In this document: piece after piece, positions 58,384-64,000 of the stretch
Position numbering within the stretch: the first letter of the stretch is position 1
How the letters are laid out: every line of letters begins with the position of its first letter
Assembly (NCBI GenBank): GCA_963790205.1
Contig: CAWBNQ010000003.1
Span: forward strand, 864,001-928,000
Source of the DNA: Nitrospirota bacterium
GTDB taxonomy: Bacteria > Nitrospirota > UBA9217
Length of the DNA stretch: 64,000 nt
Reading direction: 5' to 3'
The notes under the pieces: generated by a model
What the model saw: the letters and a program-made list of their open reading frames with translations, nothing else
What the model was told of the DNA's origin: nothing
The model's database searches: none
Made by a program: the position numbers and the translations under genes

Positions 58384-59572
58384 ATAATCCTCCCTGTTCG
58401 ATATTCTGTAGCGGCAAGGAAAGGGTAAACGTCGTTCCCCTGCCGAAGGCGCTCGCTGCCGAGATGGATCCGCCGATGAGCCCGGCAAGGTTTTTACTGA
58501 TTGCCAGGCCGAGGCCCGTACCCTGGTGCATTTTGGTCTTGGCGTCCTCGATCTGGCTGAATGCGATGAACAGCTTGTCGAGGTCCTCTTCTTTAATGCC
58601 GAGGCCCGTGTCGCTGACCGTGATTTCCAGCCGGCTCCCCGCGATGGCGAGCGTTATGACGATCCTGCCGGATTCCGTGAATTTTGCCGCATTGCTCGCC
58701 AGGTTCGTAACGATCTGGCGCAGCTTGATCGGGTCCGTGGTGATCATGATCGGCAGGGAGGGTGCTGAGACCTCGACCGTCACCGGTTTGTTCCCGACCA
58801 GGATGCGCGTCGTCTCCGCAATTTCAGAAATGAGCGGCACTACGGCAACCTGCCGGTTCGTTACCTCCATCTTCCCCGCTTCCATTTTGGACAGATCGAG
58901 AATGTTGGTGATGATGGCCCTGAGGCCGGTTGCGCTCGAGATCATGAACGAGAGCCGTTCTTTTATCTGTTCGATCGAGTCCTTTTCCGCCGCCATGCGC
59001 AACAGCTCGGCCAGCCCGATAATGGCATTTACCGGCGACCTGAGCTCATGGGTGACGTTCGCGAGGAACTGCGACTTCACCAGGCTGATTTTTTCGAGCT
59101 CCTGCGCGCGGGCGCTCGCCATCTCCTTCTGGAGCACGCTGCTGGCCAGGGCGTTGCTTTGCTGGATCACGAGTTGCTTGACCGACAGGAGGCCCCGGTA
59201 CATCCCCTTGGGGCAGGTCACGATGATCTCATCGTAGATGTCCTGCGGCGGCCGCTCCAGGGCCTTGTCGATGACCACATCGAGCCGTTCATCCTCGGGC
59301 ACGATGAGCGGGGCGGTGTCGGCAATGACGATGATCGGGTGCTTTCCGTAGAGCTCGAAGCCGAACCTTCGAAACAGGGTGAAAAGCAGTTTTGTCCGCG
59401 TCACGAGGCCCACGGGTTCCTTCCCCTCGACCACGGCGATCGCATCCAGCCCGGTGGTCGTAAAGAACCGCTCGGCCACGCTGTTCACGATGGCCTGCGG
59501 CGCTGCCCGCTCTTCCGAGGTGATGAGCTTCCCCACGGGAAGCACGTTGTCAGGTACGGTTACCGTCTGCAT
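58370..59572 (-). CDS. Cytoplasmic histidine kinase with N-terminal CBS-like pair
   Basis: PVGLVTR / Y.GLLSV CBS-like strands; THELRSP H-box; NAAKFT, DTGLG, GTGLGL. Confidence 0.85.
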   Translation of the reverse strand: MQTVTVPDNVLPVGKLITSEERAAPQAIVNSVAERFFTTTGLDAIAVVEGKEPVGLVTRTKLLFTLFRRFGFELYGKHPIIVIADTAPLIVPEDERLDVVIDKALERPPQDIYDEIIVTCPKGMYRGLLSVKQLVIQQSNALASSVLQKEMASARAQELEKISLVKSQFLANVTHELRSPVNAIIGLAELLRMAAEKDSIEQIKERLSFMISSATGLRAIITNILDLSKMEAGKMEVTNRQVAVVPLISEIAETTRILVGNKPVTVEVSAPSLPIMITTDPIKLRQIVTNLASNAAKFTESGRIVITLAIAGSRLEITVSDTGLGIKEEDLDKLFIAFSQIEDAKTKMHQGTGLGLAISKNLAGLIGGSISAASAFGRGTTFTLSLPLQNIEQGGLYDTE

Positions 59573-59853
59573 ACTGCCTCCTTTTTTTCTTCGTTCAGGC
59601 TCCGTTTTTTAAGGGCCTGGAGATTTCCGACCCGGACGATCAGTTCGTCCATTTCGTCTGTCGCGCTGTTCAAAATTCCCGCAATCTCCGCGCATCGGTC
59701 TTCTCCGGCCGCCGTCTTTATGATTTCCCGTGTAGCCCAGACCTTGTTGATCACGATATCCGTAACGCAGTCAAGATGCTTGGCATTGGTGATAAAGCAT
59801 CCGGCAGTGTCGTTTCCGCAGATGGTTTTGCATCTTTTCACCAGGTCATCCAT
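59560..59853 (-). CDS. Small hypothetical protein
   Basis: GAGGAGG RBS, operonic overlap with downstream kinase. Confidence 0.6.
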   Translation of the reverse strand: MDDLVKRCKTICGNDTAGCFITNAKHLDCVTDIVINKVWATREIIKTAAGEDRCAEIAGILNSATDEMDELIVRVGNLQALKKRSLNEEKKEAVCRR

Positions 59854-59873
59854 CGGCACCTCCTCTTGCGTGC

Positions 59874-60965
59874 TCAGGCCACATCCTGAGCAGGGTGGAG
59901 CGCTGCATCGCTCGCTCTTATGAACGACACCGTAAAGGTACTGCCCGAGCCCGGGTTGCTGGCAACCGTGACTTTGCCTCCCATGGCTTCCATGAGGAGC
60001 TTTACGATGTAGAGCCCGAGACCCGCGCCTTTCGAGTTTTTGCTCCCGGCGACACGGTAAAACTTTTCAAAGATCCGGGAAAGCTCGTCGTGCGGGATGC
60101 CGCCTCCCTCGTCCTTGACGGAGATATCGATCCAGTTGAACATGCTGTCAAAACGGATACAGATCTTTCCTCCATCGCTGCTGTACTTTACGGCGTTGGA
60201 AAGGACGTTGACGAGCACCTGACGCACGGCGGTCTTGTTGCCTTTGACGAGGGCGTCGCCGGCGTTCACCGTGACGATCTCGATCCGCCGTATTTTTGCC
60301 TGATCACGAAAGAGGTCGGCAACTTCCGAGACCAGGGCGGTAATATCGACCGGTTCCACGGGCAGGGTCCCGCCCGTTTTCTCCAGCCGGGCAAGGAGCG
60401 AGGCGTCATTGAGAAGGCTTTGAACGTGAGCGGCGGACATTTTGATCGTTCTCAGGTATTTTGCGGGATTTTCCTTCTGGAGAGCCAGCGAGGAAAAACC
60501 GCCGATCACGGTCATTGCATTCTGCAGTTCGTGGACCAGATAGCTGAGGGACGTATCCTGCTCCTGTTCCCGGGCCCGGAGATACTTGATCATCTGCTGC
60601 CGGTCGATATGGTTTCTGATCTTGAGCAAGAGCTCCTTCAGGGAAAAGGGCTTGGTGAGATAATCATCGGCTCCGAGGGTGAGTCCCTTGATGCGAGACT
60701 GTTCGTCCGAAAGGGCCGTGATCATGATGATCGGCACTGACTTGCCTTTTACGCTCTCCCGCATCATTTTGCACACTTCCCACCCGTTCAGTTCCGGAAG
60801 CATGATGTCAAGGAGCACGAGGTCAGGGACGTAGCATTGTATCGCGTCAAGGGCCGCCTCCCCGTTCAGAGCAACGAGCGTTTCGTAGTTTTCTTTCTCA
60901 AGATTATACCGGAGGAGTTCCACCGTATCTTTTTCATCTTCGACAATAAGGATCTGTTTTTTCAT
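59874..60965 (-). CDS. Hybrid receiver-histidine kinase
   Basis: PhoB/OmpR-like REC (VEDE, LDIMLP, GADDY.TKPF) fused to HELQN H-box, NAVKYS, GAGLGL. Confidence 0.88.
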   Translation of the reverse strand: MKKQILIVEDEKDTVELLRYNLEKENYETLVALNGEAALDAIQCYVPDLVLLDIMLPELNGWEVCKMMRESVKGKSVPIIMITALSDEQSRIKGLTLGADDYLTKPFSLKELLLKIRNHIDRQQMIKYLRAREQEQDTSLSYLVHELQNAMTVIGGFSSLALQKENPAKYLRTIKMSAAHVQSLLNDASLLARLEKTGGTLPVEPVDITALVSEVADLFRDQAKIRRIEIVTVNAGDALVKGNKTAVRQVLVNVLSNAVKYSSDGGKICIRFDSMFNWIDISVKDEGGGIPHDELSRIFEKFYRVAGSKNSKGAGLGLYIVKLLMEAMGGKVTVASNPGSGSTFTVSFIRASDAALHPAQDVA

Positions 60966-61097
60966 AATGCGTTTGTCCTGAGCTTTGCTGTTATCGTTGC
61001 AGGTACTATAGTGCGGCTTTGTTCCATATATAGATGGTACGGCTGCATTACCTGTTTGGTAAACCGGTCCGGATGCGACCTGCCCCCGTGATCACGG

Positions 61098-61979
61098 CTA
61101 CCGTGGTCCGTCTGAGGTCGCCGGCGACTGCTGTTCCGTCCACCTGCGTGAACATGCCGCGTTTTCCTGCGGCTCCAGCGGGAGCGTAACCTCGACGATC
61201 GTTCCCCCCCTTGTTTTACTCGCTACGGAGATGCTGCCGTTCAGCTGTTTCACGAGTTTTTTGACGATCCTGAGGCCAAGACCGGTTGCCGCCGTGCCGT
61301 TCACCTCATCGTCATATCCATGGTCTGAGGACGTAAAGACCGCATCGATCTGTTCCAGGGACATCCCGCTGCCGGTGTCCGTCACGGTGAGCCTGATCCG
61401 GTCATCATCCTTGTTCAGGATCACGGCGATCCTTCCGCGGTCCGTGAACTTGACCGCATTGCTCATGAGACCCGTCATGATCCGCCTGATCTTGGAGGGG
61501 TCCGACACAATGACCACGGGGCCGGTTGCGGAGGCATCGATCACGGTGACAGGCTTGTTCCCGGCCATGGACCGCGCCGCATCCGAAATTTCATGAAGCA
61601 GCGCAACGATATCGAAGGGTTGGCAGGCCGTCCCGGCGGGTTCCGATTCGATCTTCATGAATTCGAGCAGTGTGGAAAATGTTGATGACAGTGCGGCCGC
61701 CTCCGACAGGATGATCGAGAGCCGGTCCTGAACGCTTACCAGCTCTCCCTTCTCATAGGCCACCCGCATGAGTTCCGCCATGCCGAGCAGCTCGTACAGC
61801 TTCGACCCGGCTTCCCGCATGGCCCTGGCCATGGCCGGTGATTTGGACCGGGACGGCGGCGCCGGAGCCTGCTTGCCGGCAGGGGTGACCGTTCCTGCTG
61901 AAGAAAGGCGCGAAAGAGCGGGACGCGCGCGGCGGAACGGCTTTTTTGCGAACTGAACCTTATTCGGTACTGTCTCCAT
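61098..61979 (-). CDS. Histidine kinase-like ATPase with degenerate H-box
   Basis: NAVKFT, DTGSG, TGLGL present; no H-box histidine. Confidence 0.75.
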   Translation of the reverse strand: METVPNKVQFAKKPFRRARPALSRLSSAGTVTPAGKQAPAPPSRSKSPAMARAMREAGSKLYELLGMAELMRVAYEKGELVSVQDRLSIILSEAAALSSTFSTLLEFMKIESEPAGTACQPFDIVALLHEISDAARSMAGNKPVTVIDASATGPVVIVSDPSKIRRIMTGLMSNAVKFTDRGRIAVILNKDDDRIRLTVTDTGSGMSLEQIDAVFTSSDHGYDDEVNGTAATGLGLRIVKKLVKQLNGSISVASKTRGGTIVEVTLPLEPQENAACSRRWTEQQSPATSDGPR

Positions 61980-62075
61980 GATTGTCTCCTTTGCCGACGT
62001 TCTTCCTGATCTTGAGCATGCCCGTCTATTTTGTCCTGACAGTGTTTCGTGTTGAACAGCGCTTCGCTTCCTCTC

Positions 62076-63206
62076 TCAACGATCCATGACGCGGTGCACC
62101 CCGTTTTGTTCAGGCGCAGCAACGGTCTCTTCCATAGCACCCGGCGTTTCTTGCGGTCCCCTCCTGAACAAGAGGAAGAGAACGGCAGCCACGAGCACAA
62201 GAAAATAAAACATGAGGAAGCGCCATGCAGCCGTCACCACTCCGATGGCGCCGGCGGGCAGAAATGCGCGATAGAGGAGAGAGAACACCGCCTCCGCCCC
62301 GCCGGCCCCGCCCGGCGTCGGAATGAATGTTATCAGGGCAAAAACGATCACCTGGAGCGCCATGAACAGCAGCGGCCGCGCGGGAATGCCCATACCGGCC
62401 AGAAGCAGCGAAATAACGGAGTAGCGACACAGCCATTGGAACGAAGTCAAGGCCATGGTAAGCGCAAAAATGCTTTTTCCGCGGAGTACAATGATATGAA
62501 AAGTTGTTATAAAATTGCCGTATGAAGACCTGATCGTTCCCGCGAGTGTGCGCAGAACAGGCGCCTTCCGTATCCATCGCTCTGATCGACGCCGCACCAG
62601 CGCCGTGACAATGCAGAGAACAGCCGCGATACCCGCCAACAACACCCAGAGCGACGGATTCCCGAGCCCTTTCATGCCGTCTTGTACGGCAGGCAGTCCC
62701 CATGATGACGAGAGGGTAAGGGCGATCGGGACCATGATGATGAAAAAGATGCTGTCCTCCAGGCTTTCCAGCACGGAAAGGGACAGGGCGGCGCCGCCGG
62801 TGAATCCCCGGCGCATGAGCATGCTGATCTTCACGGCGCTGCCCGCGATCAGCGGCGGGCTTACGGCTGCTCCGAGCTCGGCGCTGATCGCTATCCTGAA
62901 CATGTCCCAATAGCGTATTTTCCCGCCGAGAAACCCGCTCCAGATGAACAGCCGGAGCGAACCGGTGAACCAGGGCACGAGACTCAGGAGCGCAGCAAGG
63001 ACGAAGTAGCCCGGTGCAACATGCACAACGGAACGGACCATGGCGCGATCGGTGACGGCAAAGGAAAAAATGAGGTTGCCGATGATCCCCAGCGGGATGA
63101 GAAAGACCAGTTTTCCGAACAACGTATTCGTCCGCGCTTCCAGAGCGGCCGCCGGCGCGGATGGCCCGGTGCTTATTTGTGTCCCGGTTTCATGCGCAGG
63201 TTGCAT
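62076..63206 (-). CDS. Lysylphosphatidylglycerol synthase TM (flippase-like) protein
   Basis: Polytopic; PTPGGAGGAE and WRF motifs. Confidence 0.82.
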   Translation of the reverse strand: MQPAHETGTQISTGPSAPAAALEARTNTLFGKLVFLIPLGIIGNLIFSFAVTDRAMVRSVVHVAPGYFVLAALLSLVPWFTGSLRLFIWSGFLGGKIRYWDMFRIAISAELGAAVSPPLIAGSAVKISMLMRRGFTGGAALSLSVLESLEDSIFFIIMVPIALTLSSSWGLPAVQDGMKGLGNPSLWVLLAGIAAVLCIVTALVRRRSERWIRKAPVLRTLAGTIRSSYGNFITTFHIIVLRGKSIFALTMALTSFQWLCRYSVISLLLAGMGIPARPLLFMALQVIVFALITFIPTPGGAGGAEAVFSLLYRAFLPAGAIGVVTAAWRFLMFYFLVLVAAVLFLLFRRGPQETPGAMEETVAAPEQNGVHRVMDR

Positions 63207-64000
63207 GGCGTTCCCGGCTCACTGCCTGATGATAACCCAGAAATCGGCGAGCGCCGTCCCTGCCCATATACCGTTCCAGCATCCGCGGTTCGGTCCTCGT
63301 CAGGTCGACGATGATCAAGCCATCGAGGACATTGCCGAAGGAGGGATCAATATTGAAACCGGCGATCTCTCCTCCCAGTTTAAGATACTGTTTCAGCAGG
63401 ACCGGGACCCCCTTACGGTCAGTTTCCACGCTGGATATCAGCTCGGATAGGCTCTCAATATCATCCTTCAGAAGACGGACCGTCGCATCGACGTCCCAGC
63501 CTTTCAATCGCTTCGCAGGGAGCGGCTTTTTAGGTATGACGTAACCGGCCATTTCGTCGCAGTATCTGGCCTTTTTCAGATAACCGACCAGCAACTGCTT
63601 CGACAGCGCCTGATACTCGTCTGTAATGCTCACAGGACCGAAGAGGGTCCTGTACTGTTGATTTTCGACAAGGAACCTGCCGATGCCTTTCCAGAGGAGC
63701 AGGAGGGGAGCAAAGGACCTTTGATATTCCGGCCGGATGAACGAGCGTCCCATTTCCAGGGCAGGCCCCAGGTGTTCGAAAAATCCCGGTCTATAGCGAA
63801 AAAGCGTGCTCGTATAGAGGCCGCGTACGCCCTTTTGTCTCAGGATCTCATCGGTCCTGCCGAGGCGATAGGCGCCGACCACTTCTTTCTTTTCCCGGTT
63901 CCAGAGAAAGAGGTGGATATAGGAGTGATCGAACCGGTCAAGGTCAACGGCCTTTCCGGTCCCTTCGCCCACGGCCCGAAAGGTGCTCTCCCGCAGCCTG
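63190..64000 (-). CDS. GNAT-fold N-acyltransferase (OlsB-like / putative hemolysin family), 5' end outside window
   Basis: GEGTG...DLD.FD, VGAYR, LEMGRSF, LLWKGI, PVLLKQY..LG, DPSF...LD. Confidence 0.8.
   Translation of the reverse strand, partial: RLRESTFRAVGEGTGKAVDLDRFDHSYIHLFLWNREKKEVVGAYRLGRTDEILRQKGVRGLYTSTLFRYRPGFFEHLGPALEMGRSFIRPEYQRSFAPLLLLWKGIGRFLVENQQYRTLFGPVSITDEYQALSKQLLVGYLKKARYCDEMAGYVIPKKPLPAKRLKGWDVDATVRLLKDDIESLSELISSVETDRKGVPVLLKQYLKLGGEIAGFNIDPSFGNVLDGLIIVDLTRTEPRMLERYMGRDGARRFLGYHQAVSRERHATCA

Noticed and set aside
61005..61065. Second Pho box upstream of the REC-kinase gene
   Set aside because: Only one half-site-like TGGAACA at the same spacing from a TATAGT; no partner at the 11-bp period

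Overview
Bacterial chromosomal window with GC-rich coding sequence. Gene content and order suggest a Nitrospirota- or deltaproteobacteria-like organism (inference only). In order it holds: argF(partial)-argD; a candidate ~180-nt structured RNA; an aspartate-pathway operon fused with a sulfur-relay module (hom, TusA-like, MoeB-like, JAB protease, ThrC-like, ubiquitin-like carrier, NIL, ApgM-like, lysC, cimA); RseC, an EF-G paralog, an M16 peptidase, a frameshifted four-helix-bundle gene flanked by inverted heptamer arrays, and dut; an AT-rich island with a large secreted transglutaminase-fold protein and two small membrane genes (polymorphic toxin/immunity-like); an M16 peptidase pair, mutL-TerC-miaA-hfq, mtnP, a PfkB kinase, and PilF- and RodZ-like genes. 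The minus strand then carries a Mut7-C gene, copA, an RND efflux operon, gcvT, mtnA, an arn (L-Ara4N) operon with many indels, pstSCAB-phoU with a Pho-box-like promoter, an atypical signalling cluster and lipid-remodelling genes. The most striking unexplained pattern is roughly 20 intergenic elements at gene junctions made of degenerate 7-9-nt repeats arranged as inverted arms. One is 'filled' with the four-helix-bundle gene and the others look empty. No rRNA, tRNA, CRISPR array or transposase was recognised.
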